Below, in pieces: positions 36,101-48,869 of a DNA stretch of 64,000 nt. The notes below the pieces were generated by a model, which was not told the origin of the DNA, made no database searches, and saw nothing but the letters and a program-made list of their open reading frames with translations. How positions within the stretch are numbered: the first letter of the stretch is position 1; every line of letters begins with the position of its first letter. The position numbers were made by a program, and so were the translations under genes. The DNA comes from Octopus bimaculoides (taxonomy: Eukaryota), in assembly GCF_001194135.2 (NCBI RefSeq), contig NC_068989.1, positions 23,214,473 to 23,278,472 of the forward strand, written 5' to 3'.

Positions 36101-36423
36101 ATCTTCCATACATTATAAATTTCAAATTGATTTTAGTGTATACTGAAGTTGAAATATTTAATTAACCATGACATTCTGTTGATCAGAAGAGCTAGCATCT
36201 ATATCTGCATTGGTTTGTAAAATGTACAATAGTACTATGCAATTTATAGCACATATACTAGTGTTGACGTGTAAAACAATTTATTATATAGTAAATAAAT
36301 TATTTTTGCATGATGTTGGCTGCAAAATGGCCAACATCCTATTGATATCAATTGGTGAAATAAATATATTCTACTGGCGGTGCCCCAGCATGGCCACAGC
36401 CTCATGGCTGAAACATACAAAAG

Positions 36424-36654
36424 GCGGCGAGCTGGCAGAAACGTTAGCACGCCAGGTTAAATGCTTAGCGGTATTTCGTCTGCTGCTACATTCTGAGTTC
36501 AAATTTTGCTGAGGTCGACTTTGCCTTTCATCCTTTCAGGGTCGATAAATTAAGTACCAGTTGCGCACTAGGGGTTGATGCAATCAACTTAATCCCTTTG
36601 TCTGTCCTTGTTTGTCCCCTCTATGTTTAGCCCCTTGTGAGCAATAAAGAAATA
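36424..36654 (+). mobile_element. SINE family C, full length, nested in the tail of a family-B SINE
   Basis: 15-bp TSD TGAAACATACAAAAG at 36409-36423 and 36655-36669. Confidence 0.85.
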
Positions 36655-37604
36655 TGAAACATACAAAAGAATAAAAGAATCTCATAGCACCTGACTTTCT
36701 TTATATTCTATATACGCCTCATGAAATAATTTTTATTGATTGGATTTATGGGATTTCAACTACATAGGACTCTACATTACACTCCTACATAGTAGTTTAC
36801 TATTTGGTTTGTAGCCAGGTCCACTAGAGGAGGTTTCTTGTGATTACCACTGGATTACATAAATCCATATATTGTACATTAAATTTATATATATATATAT
36901 GTGTGTGTGTGTATCATCATCATCATTTAACGTCCGCTTTCCATGCTAGCATGGGTTTGACGATTTGACTGAGGACTGGTGAACTGGATGGTTGCACTAG
37001 GCTCCAATCTGATCTGGCAGAGTTTCTACAGCTGGATGCCCTTCCTAACGCCAACCACTCTAACAGTGTAGTGGGTGCTTCTACATACCACCGGCACGAG
37101 GGCCAGTCAGACGGTACTGGCAATGGCCATGCTCATATCGTTTTAATGTCCAATTTTCCATGTTTGCATGGATCACACAGAATTTCTTGAGACAAACCTT
37201 TTTAAGGCCAGGCGCCCTTCTTATCTTCAAACCCTCACTTGTTTCCAAGCAAAATATTTTTTTCTTTATGATTGTACAGGTTTCTACAGAAGACTTGAAG
37301 CAAACAACACCATCTGTATGATTAGCATAACTAAAGCAGAACATCTAGACAAGGAAATAGAAACACACACATAGATGAGAGGTTTCTTTCAGTTTCCATC
37401 TGTCATTATTAATCTGGCGCTTGAAGCATAAATTAACATGACATCTTTTTTTTAATTTCAAATCACTTTAAAACCAAATGTCTATATCCTAGAACCAAGG
37501 GTGGTTTCAGGTTGGTTGGTATCACAAAGGGTTAATAGTAAACAACTATTTAATGATAGGTAGCTTTTGAATGCATGATAATTTAATGGTAGATCTTCAA
37601 GATA

Positions 37605-37652
<48 letters not shown>

Positions 37653-38167
37653 GCATTTATCACCATTAGGAAAAATAGGATGAAAGAAAACATCAACAGA
37701 CAAAAAGAGAAATGTCATAATTTTTCTCTGCAATTATTACACCATGTACAAAATTGTAGAGATATTAATAAAAGCTCTCATTCACCATTTCTGACAAACT
37801 ATCTTCCTACAAAAAGCATAAGACAAAAATAAATTCTCATTTAAATTATTTCACAGAATGGACTTATTGTTACAGACATTATATTAAAACAATGCAACTT
37901 GAATTTTAAAAAAACATTTGGTTGACTTTCATATGCAATTGTTCCTATAACCTAAATTTAGCACTGGGCAGAGCACTTTACAAGCCACACACTATGGGAA
38001 TAATATGCAACAAAATAATTCTTTAAAAGCAACAAAAAGAAAAAGAAACACAAATTACTATATAGCCACTTGACTTTCTCAAACTCTCTTCCTAATTAGC
38101 CAAGCCGGAATGAGTATGGCAATGCCTGAGAGTTTCAACTAATGCTTGGTTTCTATGGTTTACTAAC

Positions 38168-38331
38168 ACTTGAACAAGTTAATACACTTAAACAAGTTAA
38201 TACAGAATCTAACTATCATTTAACTTCCTTGTTCCACACTTGCATGGGTCGGATGGATTGACAGAATCCAACTATCATTTAACTTCCTTGTTCCACACTT
38301 GCATGTGTCGGATGGATTGACAGAATCCAAC
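38168..38331 (+). repeat. Adjacent tandem duplications (18 bp x2; 59 bp x2.2)
   Basis: cactt(g/a)aacaagttaata twice; acagaatc.aactatc...gatggattg at 38202-38260 and 38261-38319. Confidence 0.9.
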
Positions 38332-38948
38332 ACGTCCAAGACCTGCATTGTACTCAACTGTCTATTCAGGCATGATTGCCACAGTTTGGTATTCTTCTAA
38401 CACCAACCACTTTACAGTCTCTACTGGGTACTTTTCATACCACCAGCACAGGTGAGATCACTGTGAAGCTTGTAAGACTTCAAACCCCGAGAGCTTGTAA
38501 GACCTTAAACATTTTTTGCTAGATGAGGGGTTACAAGAGAAAGAGCTAGAGTAGGGCCCACATGGATGGTTTCAAACATTTTAGAAAAAAAGATGAAGAA
38601 TGATGAGGGTAGAGCAGGGAAGAGAGAAAAATAGCGGTGATGAAGATTTGTGTGTGGACCCTCAACCTATCAGGTGAGTAGAAGTAAATGTAGCGGAGTG
38701 CAGAAGAACCAGGAGTGCATGAGTGAATGAGAGAGTGAGAGATGAGGATTGGGTGAGGTGGTGAATATAATGAATAACAGGAGTTGTACCACAGGGCACA
38801 GCTGAGCACATAATTTGTTCTGGGATATGTGGCCCATTGCCTCCACCCCCTCCATCTCCTGCTGCTTTACCCCACACACACACACTTTTTTCCCCCTTTC
38901 CTTTCTTATCTCTCTTCTTTCCTATTTCTTTGTATTTAAATGCTGTAA

Positions 38949-39335
38949 GTGGAGGCGCAATGGCTCAGTGGTTAGAGCAACGGACTCGCGGTCATAGGAT
39001 CGCGGTTTCGATTCCCAGACCGGGCGTTGTGAGTGTTTATTGATCGAAAACACCTAAAGCTCCACGAGGCTCCGGCAGGGGATGGTGGCGAACCCTGCTG
39101 TACTCTTCCACCACAACTTTCTCTCACTCATACTTCCTATTTCTGTTGTACCTGTAATTCAAAGGGCCAGCCTTGTCACACCATGTCACGCTGAATGTCC
39201 CCGAGAACTACGTTAAGGGTACACGTGTCTGTGGAGTACTCAGCCACTTGCACATTAATTTCACAAGCAGGCTGTTCCGTTGATCAGATCAACTGGAACC
39301 CTCGACGTCGTAAGCGACGGAGTGCCAACAGCAAC
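38949..39335 (+). mobile_element. SINE family A in Mlc intron 3
   Basis: Full length; TSD aaatg(c/t)tgtaa with one mismatch. Confidence 0.92.
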
Positions 39336-39844
39336 AAATGTTGTAATAGAGTTGAGTTCTGTATGCTTTAATTAACGCAACAATGACATACGCATTCATT
39401 CCTATGACATTCCAGTAGATTCAAATGTGAATATGCTAAGCTTGTTCAGGTTTGCATCAGCCAAAACATATCAAGAACATATACAAGACTATTTTTGATT
39501 TCAGCTGTTGACCATGCACATGACAATTTATTATTTTTATCAACAGCTATTCATAAAGTTTCAGTAAACATTTCTGAGCCTTTTTCTGTTTTGTTTTTGA
39601 GCTTACTTCCACAATAAAAGCAAACACAATACAAGCTACATGCAAAAAGTACATTGTAGCTGGCATAGCAAAACATGGAAAACATTCAATAAAAAAAAAA
39701 TTACATAATATAAAAAAAAAACTAGCATGACCATGCAACATGTCCCTGTGCTATAATGGTTTAAAGTGTCCATGCAAACATATACAAGGCCAGTTATAGC
39801 TACATATACAAGACCTGGTTATAGTTATGTGTGTGTGTATATAC

Positions 39845-39905
<61 letters not shown>

Positions 39906-40359
39906 NNNNNNNNNNNNNNNNNNNNNNNNNNNNNNNNNNNNNNNNNNNNNNNNNNNNNNNNNNNNNNNNNNNNNNNNNNNNNNNNNNNNNNNNNNNNNNN
40001 NNNNNNNNNNNNNNNNNNNNNNNNNNNNNNNNNNNNNNNNNNNNNNNNNNNNNNNNNNNNNNNNNNNNNNNNNNNNNNNNNNNNNNNNNNNNNNNNNNNN
40101 NNNNNNNNNNNNNNNNNNNNNNNNNNNNNNNNNNNNNNNNNNNNNNNNNNNNNNNNNNNNNNNNNNNNNNNNNNNNNNNNNNNNNNNNNNNNNNNNNNNN
40201 NNNNNNNNNNNNNNNNNNNNNNNNNNNNNNNNNNNNNNNNNNNNNNNNNNNNNNNNNNNNNNNNNNNNNNNNNNNNNNNNNNNNNNNNNNNNNNNNNNNN
40301 NNNNNNNNNNNNNNNNNNNNNNNNNNNNNNNNNNNNNNNNNNNNNNNNNNNNNNNNNNN
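39906..40359. other. Assembly gap flanked by (AT)n
   Basis: N run. Confidence 1.
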
Positions 40360-40395
<36 letters not shown>

Positions 40396-40725
40396 CACAC
40401 ACACCCATCTGCTTTCTAGGAGAATCTGAAAAAGCTATCAGTAGTATCCTTAAATCAACAAATAAAATAAATGTCAAACCACTGCATGCTTCTTCAGGTT
40501 AATTAGTAATGGAAATTACAAAGTTACTTACTAGTTCCAAAATATATAAAGATAATCCACTGATAATGATTAATTATTATTAGCTATTACTACTAATGCA
40601 GCAGACTGACAGATACCCTATAAAAGATTGTGAAACACAGTCCTAAGATATGAAACACTAGAGCAGTTAGTAATTACGAAATAGTCTTTAACCACACCAC
40701 CCAGGGACAACTTATGCTTTTAGGT

Positions 40726-41104
40726 GCAGGTCTGGCCGTGTGGTAAGAAGCTTGCTTTACAACCACTAGGTTCTGGGTTCAGTCCCACTGCAGGGTACCT
40801 TGGGCAAGTGTCTTCTACTATAGATTCAGGCTGACCAAGGCTTTGTGAGAGGGTCTGGTAGACGGAAACTGAAAAAACCCTGTCGTGTGTGTGTGTTTGT
40901 TTTTGTTCCTCGTCACTGCTTGGCAACCAGTGTTGGTGCATTTACCTCCCCGTAACTTCGTGGTTCAGCAAGAAATCAATAGAATAAGTACCAGGCTTAA
41001 AAAGTAAGTACTGGGGTCAATTAATTCAACTAAAAGATTCTTCACGGTGGCACCCCAGCATAGCTGCAGTCTAACGACTGAAACAAGTAAAAGATAAAAA
41101 GATA
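40726..41104 (+). mobile_element. SINE family B
   Basis: Same head, central block and tail as 24781-25162. Confidence 0.8.
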
Positions 41105-43035
41105 ACTGCTAATTGTTGTTCTAAAAACAATGTAAGCCTACCAATCATATATATCAGTTACAAATTAAGCATAAAAATGTAATGATTATAATCTGTTTTT
41201 AACTTATACAATGATTATAAATATAGGCATGGCTGTATGGTTATAAAGTACACTTAGCAACCATGTAGTTATGGGATCAGTGCTGCTGTGTAGCACTAAA
41301 AGTATACATCTACTATAGCTTCAGGCTGATCAATGCCTTAGGAGTCAAATTGGTAGATGGAAACTGAGAGAAAGCCTGTTGTATTATCGTATTTTAACAT
41401 CCACTTTTCCAATGCTGGCATGGGTTAGATGGAGTATATTGAAGCAGAGTTTCTATAGCTGGATACCTTTCCTGTCACCTAACCCTCAATTGTTTCCAAG
41501 TAAAGTAATATTTCACCGTGGCCAGACATGTTTTCACAGAATATTGGAAATGAATGAGTACAGTTGCATAAAGAAGTGCCAATCACTTAAAGTAGAAGAG
41601 GGAGACCCAGGAAGACATGGGATGAAGTTTTGAAGGCTGATCTGAACACACTGAACCTTACAAAGGAACTGTCAGGGGACCAAGATATGTGGTGCACTAC
41701 TGTACTTGAGAAGACCTGCTCACCACAACAGAATTGAGATCCCAAAACCAAGGTGCCACGTAAACAGCGCTGGTGCTGGTGCCACTCAAAAAGTACCTGT
41801 GATGGGGCCACATAAAAAGCACCCAGTACACTCTGTGGAGTGGTTGCATTAGGAAAGGCATCCAGCCACAGAAACCAACCCAAAACAGACTATGGAACCT
41901 GGTGTAACCTAATGATGATGATGAATGACGCTATATGACAGCAACACTCATTTCCAACCATCACGCAAATGTCAAGACAAGGAGATAAAAACATAAACAC
42001 ACACATACATATATATATATAGATGTGTGTATGTATGTGTGTTAAACTGACATTCCATGCATCGCCGTTAAATACTACCTGAGAGAGAGAGAGAGAGGAA
42101 AAAAATCTCTGCTTGCAATCTCCAATAGGTAGATGTCTCAAAACTTCAGCTTTTGTCATGTGATGACCAGTAGAATGAAAAGAAAATCACCTTACTTAGA
42201 AAACAAGTAAGGGTTGGTGACAGGAAGAGCATTGGACTACAGAAAGAGTTCCTTGACAAGTTTCATCTAACTCATGCCAGCATAAAAAAAAACTGACACA
42301 AAACCAAACAAATGAACTACAATTAACAACCAAGTTCAGTGAATAGAAAGAAACCCAAACTATAAAAACTGATGACTATGATCAATAGCAATCTAAGACA
42401 AGTCTGTTGTAACCAATATGAAGGAATCTAACATAATTAAGTAAAATCTCTCCTGGTAATCTCACATACTCACAATAGCAGAGACTGGTCCTCCTCTTTA
42501 GGACCAGAAAATACTTCAATCCCTTTAACCTCCTACAACGGAATATTGCTTCCACACATACAAACAGACACACAAGACTGTATCCATAAAAGAATTCATC
42601 TAGCTGATTAGCAGGACATTGCTGGTCAACAGTCACCAACCTCAAGGTCACAGAAATGTTGGGTCTTCATTGCTTTTTCTAGTATTACTATAGTGGCCTC
42701 TGCTTGTTAGAGCATGTTATCTTTGCCGCCCCTCCTCAGACACCTCTCTCAACACTCATCTCTCTTTTTCTTATCAACCATATTGTTGTGTCCACCCATC
42801 CACAAGTACAACACTAATATCCCTCGAGAATTCACTCTTTGTCCACATTTTTCTTGCAGCATTCAGCATTTCAAGAGGAAACTTTGCCTAGGATAGCCTG
42901 TGAGAGCCTTGAGCAAAGATCCTTCCAACAAACTGACTCATTAGGAAAGAAAAAAAATTCTGAAATTTTCCATGAAAATTATCGATGAAGCTAATAAGTA
43001 ACTTTAAGAAAAAGGTTAGCAAGGCTAATACTAAC

Positions 43036-43176
43036 TTTCTCTACCTTCATAACCACATTTCTTCACTTCAGCTTGGGTTGGGTTCTCTCCCATAGCTCTC
43101 AGTACTTCTCCAAGTTGATATGCAGATACTTTTCCATCTCCCTTTTCATCAAACAAGTTGAAAATGTCAAGTAAAT
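43036..43176 (-). CDS. Mlc-c: Myosin essential light chain exon 3 (EF-hand 1 region)
   Basis: tttgtcattttag|...|gttagt, 141 nt, phase 1/1; encodes (D)LLDIFNLFDEKGDGKVSAYQLGEVLRAMGENPTQAEVKKCGYEGRE. This donor was chosen because it preserves length versus Mlc-c homologues. Confidence 0.93.
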
Positions 43177-43282
43177 CTAAAATGACAAAATAATATAACC
43201 AAATGAATGAGCAGTATATATTGTGAAACTTGGAGATGAACCAATTTTGCCAATGAAAACACATGCACAATATATTTGGTTT

Positions 43283-43466
43283 TCACTTCAGCTTTATCAT
43301 TATTATTATCATCAATTTAGTTTCTTTGTCAAAGCTCTTTTGGCACACGTCCTGTGACCTCTTCAGTGACTCTCTATCCTATGTGTCTTTGCTGAAGAGG
43401 TCACAGGATGTGTGATGAAAGAGCTTTGAAAAAGAAACTAAAATAATTATAATAAAGCTGAAGTGA
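43283..43466. repeat. Fold-back with a hammerhead-like core on each arm
   Basis: Arms 43283-43366 and 43392-43466; CTGAAGA-ggtcacagga(c/t)gtgtg..-(G/A)AAA-gagc-TT on both strands. Confidence 0.85.
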
Positions 43467-43887
43467 CTGGCAAAATACGATCATCCCCAAGTAAAACAAG
43501 AGCTGTTTCAACATACGATTTCACATCAAGAATCTTGCAAAACATTTACATAAATATAACAATACATTTTGACAACTAAGATAGTAAAAATTCAGTAATT
43601 TAGACTCATTTCAAAAGGAGTTCTTAAAAAAACGGTCTCTGCATTTATTCATTTAACAGGGAAGCAACTTTTTTTTGTTGTGTTTTTTTACGATTGAAGA
43701 ATTTGATGCCAACAATGAGAGTAGGGTCATAAACAAAACAGGATTTTTTGTCTGCCACATATATGTGCATGTGGTTTCCAACCACATGGCTCTGGGTTCA
43801 GTCCCATGCATAGTACCTTACAGCCCTGGGCTGACCAAAGGCTTGTGAGTGGAAATTGGTCAAAGGAAGCTGAAAGAAGCCCATCAA

Positions 43888-43976
<89 letters not shown>

Positions 43977-44554
43977 CATGTATGTATATCTATATGCATA
44001 TATGTTTGTGTTTATCTCCCACTACCACTTGACAGTGTTGATGTGTTTACATCCCCACCTCCATAACTTAGCAGTGCAGCAAAGTGAACCAATGGAATAA
44101 GTAGAAGACTTTAAAAATAAGTACTGGGGAGGGGATCATTTAGCAAGCACAGTTTTTTTTCTTTCTTTTTCCTTTCCTTTCCTTTTCTTTTCTGTCAGCT
44201 CAGACTTTATTGTGGTTTGGATTGGTGCACACTGTGTATTTGCTGTTGAAATATCTGCCAAGACTGCTGAATCTGGGAGGTTTTGTATTTCCTTTTCCAT
44301 ACTCTGTATAACAGCCAACCCAACAATATAGAACAATTAAATATACATTTTTATAGAACTGACCATCAGTCTCTGTTGCTCGAGTTAAGCTCAATATTTC
44401 ACAATTCTATGTACTAGTTATTGTCATGTTCAGCTCTGTAGTTCTGCTCCTACTTCCCTATCAAGGAATCTGTATTCTACACATAAATTAATCTCAATGA
44501 TGATGTATCTTTAATACTTGTCACTGAAACTATCATTAATATTATTATTATTGG

Positions 44555-44920
44555 CAATGCAGTGAGCTGGCAGAATTGGTAACCAAATTCTGCTGAGGTC
44601 TACTTAACCTTTCAAGGTTGATAAAATAAGTACCAGTTGAGTACAAGGATTGGTGTAATCAACTTACCCCCTCCTCCCAAAACTACTAGCCTTATTATTA
44701 TTATTGGTGGCAAGCTGGCAGAATCACGAGAGCATTGGACATGATACTTTGTGATATTTGTTCCAGCTGCTTAGGTTCTGAGTTCAAATCCCATCAAGGT
44801 TAAATTTGTCTTTCATTCTTTCAAGTTTAATAAAATAAAATATAATACCAGTCATGTACTGACACCAATGTAATCAACTAACCACTCCCCCTAAAATTGC
44901 TGGCCTTGTGCAAAATTAAC
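44555..44920 (+). mobile_element. Two tandem decayed SINE family C copies
   Basis: gagctggcagaat...ataaaataagtacc...(att)n twice; another copy at ~45632-45835. Confidence 0.65.
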
Positions 44921-47214
44921 ATTTTGAAGCAAGTTTTTAATTCAGATCACTTTAAAACAGTTAAGTTTATACAAAATTGAGAACAGACTCAGGTGGTTTG
45001 AAATCAAAACAGTTAAAGTCTTGTGCTCTTGAAAAACAAGAATTCAAAACTTTAAACTTCCCACTTATCACAGTAATTGAACATTTGACTGGTTATTTTC
45101 AAAGCAGACCTTCACTGATTCCTCCAGATTCCAGACTTCAGAATTTATTCTACTGGTTACATTGCCTAAATGAAATAAGTTTCTATCCAATTAAAAGAAG
45201 CTTCTCTAATTACATCGTATTTTTGGTCAGTTTTAACCATTACTTCAACTGACTGGAATAGTTTCATTAACAAACACACCACTACAGACATCCATTCCTA
45301 AAAATAGTACTGCAGGAAGTGTCATGATTCAATCAAGTCTTACATTATATTTCTATCCTGTCTCAAAATAAAATAAATAAATAAATAAACCACTGCTTAC
45401 ACATGAGTAAACATTTCATTTATTATCATTATGCCTACATGGAAAGTAGCAATACATAACACTTCACTAGAAGGAAACCTCATCATAGGGTATTTATTTC
45501 ACTGCTTAACCCTTTGATAACATTATTATTTTATTAGCAGAAGTAAGTATATGCTAAGGCACACCATGCCAGGATTTTATTTGTCGCACATAGTGTTTAT
45601 GTGATTAATATTACAAGTACCATTAAGACAATAAGCTGGCAGAATAATTAGCAAGCAGGGTAAAATGTTAAGTGGCATTTTGTCTGTCTTTATGTTCTGA
45701 GTTCAAATTCCACCAAAGTTAATTCTACCTTTCCGAGTTGTCAAAATAAGTACCAGCTGAGTATTGGCGTTGACGTAATTGACATACCCCATCCCCCAAA
45801 ATTGCCAGCATTGTGCCAAAATTTGAAACCATCACAAAACATTTATTAGCAATTAAAACAAATAGATGGCAGATATCAATGTACTTATACAATAATGAAA
45901 TACAATATAAAGCACTACTCATCCATCAGTAAAGAATCCTTTATCATCATTATTTAACATCCATGTTCCATGCAGGAATGGGTTAGATGGTTTGACAGGA
46001 TCTATCAGGTCAAAAGACTGCATCATGTTCCAATTTTTGCTTTGGCATGATTTCTACGGCTGAATACCCCTCATAGTGCCAACAACTTTACAGTGCGTAC
46101 TGGGAGCTTTTTTTTTATGCTACCTGCACTAGTGAAGTCACCATACAATTATAAAGACTAAGGTCCCTTTTGACTGAGAGGGGTTACTCTAGAGAGGAAA
46201 GTGGCTTTATAGTAAGGGATGAGGGGTTAAACAGGCATGGATAACCTTTTTATGAGAAGCAGGCCACTCTAGACATAGCTCATTATCAGCTAAGCCACAC
46301 TACTAAAAAAAGTTGATGGTAATTTTTTGTTAGGCATACCATTCAGAAAGGCTTATCAACTGTAGCTTGCTCATTACTGTGTTAAAGTACAAGGGACTGT
46401 TAATCCAATTTAATTAACAGCAAAATAATGTTTAATGAAAAAAAATAAAACCATTGAATATTTTCATTCTGAATCTGAGATATATCTTATAATAAAGCTA
46501 TGACAACAAAGCTAAGAACTTTAAATGTGTAACTCTTGACTTAGCTAATTCCATAGCATTGGTTAACTCCTACACACTTGGCTGGAACAAAATCAGCACC
46601 ACCGTATCTTTTTCCTAGTATTTTTATAGTATAATTATGATTGTTTTTCTAAACAAAGTCATTTGTACTTTAATATAGTCATTAGAATGTGAGGGCGTGA
46701 CTAATGGTCATGTTGCAAACAATATTCAATACAATAAAAGTAGACAAACAAAGACATGGATATAAGCAGTGGAAATACATTTTGGACAGAGCTGTTCGCA
46801 TGAGAATTTCTTATTCTCTGATAAATGGCTCTAGCTGAAACAGTTATTTCTTCAGCTCACAGCAATCTAACATAACCTCATTTATTGTACCTTCTACCAC
46901 ATTATGTATGTGTAAAATGTAAACACTAACACAGACCCTATGCTATAGGCTGATGTACACAAACCAATACAGACCTGAAAGGTATGTACTATATATAAGA
47001 GGTGTATACATAATGACATCCTATATAGACACAAATGCAAAAGATTCTACACAGACAACACAAACATGAAAAACCCTACTGAAACACCTGCATACTCTTT
47101 GTAGACATGTACACAACACTTTTATGAAGACAAATACAACTTAACACAGCAACATAAATCTTAAATAGATTCATATGCAACAAACACTACACAGGTAATA
47201 CGCAACAAACACTA

Positions 47215-47431
47215 CAAGGCGGTACTGAAAAGTTCCTGGCTTTGGGTAAAAGAAAATACAGAAAGATCAGTTAGTGATGATTTTAATCAACATATTCCCC
47301 TCTCAGATTCACACACTTATTACAGTGGTCCTTCAGTTTTTCTAAGCCCTGTAAAAGAACCCAGAATGTTGGTCCTCCAGCCAGGCTGTTCGCGATACCC
47401 TTGAAGATAGGAACTTTTCAGCACACCCTCA
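47215..47431 (-). mobile_element. Mariner-derived MITE, copy 2
   Basis: Same TIRs as 1652-1840, TA-flanked. The minus strand reads GLEKLKDHCNKCVNLRGEYVD*. Confidence 0.8.
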
Positions 47432-47742
47432 TACATATACACCAAACCTCACACACATAACAACTCTACACCAAACCCTACACACATAATGAATTTTATG
47501 TAGACATGGACACAACCAACTCCAAACACACTCTCACAGACTTAATACAGAGATACAAGTTCTACACAGACAGAAAGAACCGACACTACTTAGATGCAAC
47601 AGGCCCAATATAAACGTGTACACAGCAGACTATATAGATATATACACAGACACATTCATAATATATTCTAAGTTGATATGTATGCAGTAGATTCTAATCA
47701 CACCTACACAACAATTCCTCTACAGACACATATAAAAGAAAC

Positions 47743-48189
47743 TCACAGCTATGGTCACCCACCAGTGTGAAAATAACAGCGGACCTTGAAGCAATCCAGA
47801 GAAGATTCACAAAGAAGATCGTCTCTTTGCAACTGCTCAGCTACTGGGAAAGGCTGAAACAGCTAAGACTCTACTCCCTGGAAAAAGGCAGGAGAAGTAT
47901 GCAGTAATATACATCTGGAAGATCCTAGAAGGAATTGTGCCAAATTTTGGCATTGAAAGCTACACCAATGCCAGAACAGGACGACACTGCATAGTGCCAA
48001 AGATCCCAGCAACGTCATCGCGCTTCAGGACCAGTTCCTGCAACAGCCTAGGTTTCAGGAGCCAACACCTTTTTAATATTCTCCCAAAGAGCCTGAGGAA
48101 CCTGCACAAAGTAGATGTAGGCGTTTTTAAATCAAAGCTGGACCTCTTCCTGTTGAGAGTCCCAGATGAACCCACCTCACAGCAAGAGG
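47743..48189 (+). mobile_element. CR1/L2-type LINE 3' fragment
   Basis: LWSP, LEAIQRRFTKKI, YWERLKQLRLYSLE, IWKILEGIVPN, LFNILPKSLRN, FKSKLDLFL..VPDEP; runs into a gap. Confidence 0.88.
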
Positions 48190-48583
48190 NNNNNNNNNNN
48201 NNNNNNNNNNNNNNNNNNNNNNNNNNNNNNNNNNNNNNNNNNNNNNNNNNNNNNNNNNNNNNNNNNNNNNNNNNNNNNNNNNNNNNNNNNNNNNNNNNNN
48301 NNNNNNNNNNNNNNNNNNNNNNNNNNNNNNNNNNNNNNNNNNNNNNNNNNNNNNNNNNNNNNNNNNNNNNNNNNNNNNNNNNNNNNNNNNNNNNNNNNNN
48401 NNNNNNNNNNNNNNNNNNNNNNNNNNNNNNNNNNNNNNNNNNNNNNNNNNNNNNNNNNNNNNNNNNNNNNNNNNNNNNNNNNNNNNNNNNNNNNNNNNNN
48501 NNNNNNNNNNNNNNNNNNNNNNNNNNNNNNNNNNNNNNNNNNNNNNNNNNNNNNNNNNNNNNNNNNNNNNNNNNNNNNNNNNN
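48190..48583. other. Assembly gap
   Basis: N run. Confidence 1.
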
Positions 48584-48869
48584 AAAATGAAGAAAATAAT
48601 ATATAAAAAAATAAATATACCAATACATTATATTGTCTTTGAGCTTTTGAAGTTCAATGGTAATTCATGTACATAATGGTTGGAAAAATAAGGATGCATG
48701 AGAATTGAGAGTTGTGTTAGGTTTAAAACAGGGGGTTAAAAGTCTGTGTCAAGCAGGAAGTGTGGTGTCAAAACAGGAAGTGTGTGTAAGAGGAGACAAA
48801 TGTTTTTAGTTGGAGTTATGAACTCTTTTTTTCAACAGGAAGTTTATGTCTGTTCCTAGAGAAATAAGG

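Noticed and set aside
43063-43078. ttcttcacttcagctt in Mlc exon 3 matches the terminus of the neighbouring fold-back family
   Set aside because: The exon sequence encodes conserved QAEVKK and the match is short; most likely chance. It could only matter as a possible pairing partner.
44150-44330. Strong plus-strand acceptor (long pyrimidine tract, AG at 44197-44198) as an exon of a nested antisense gene
   Set aside because: The tract is a (CTTTT)-like simple repeat, I recognise no protein similarity in any frame, and there are no partner exons.
44368-44410. Alternative candidate for Mlc exon 2 (43 nt, NCEILSLTRATETD)
   Set aside because: Poor acceptor and no similarity to light-chain N-termini; 56656-56683 fits far better.
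46920-47740. CA-rich region as a structured tandem repeat or coding exon
   Set aside because: Degenerate low-complexity sequence with no consistent period or open frame; only the embedded mariner MITE is supportable.
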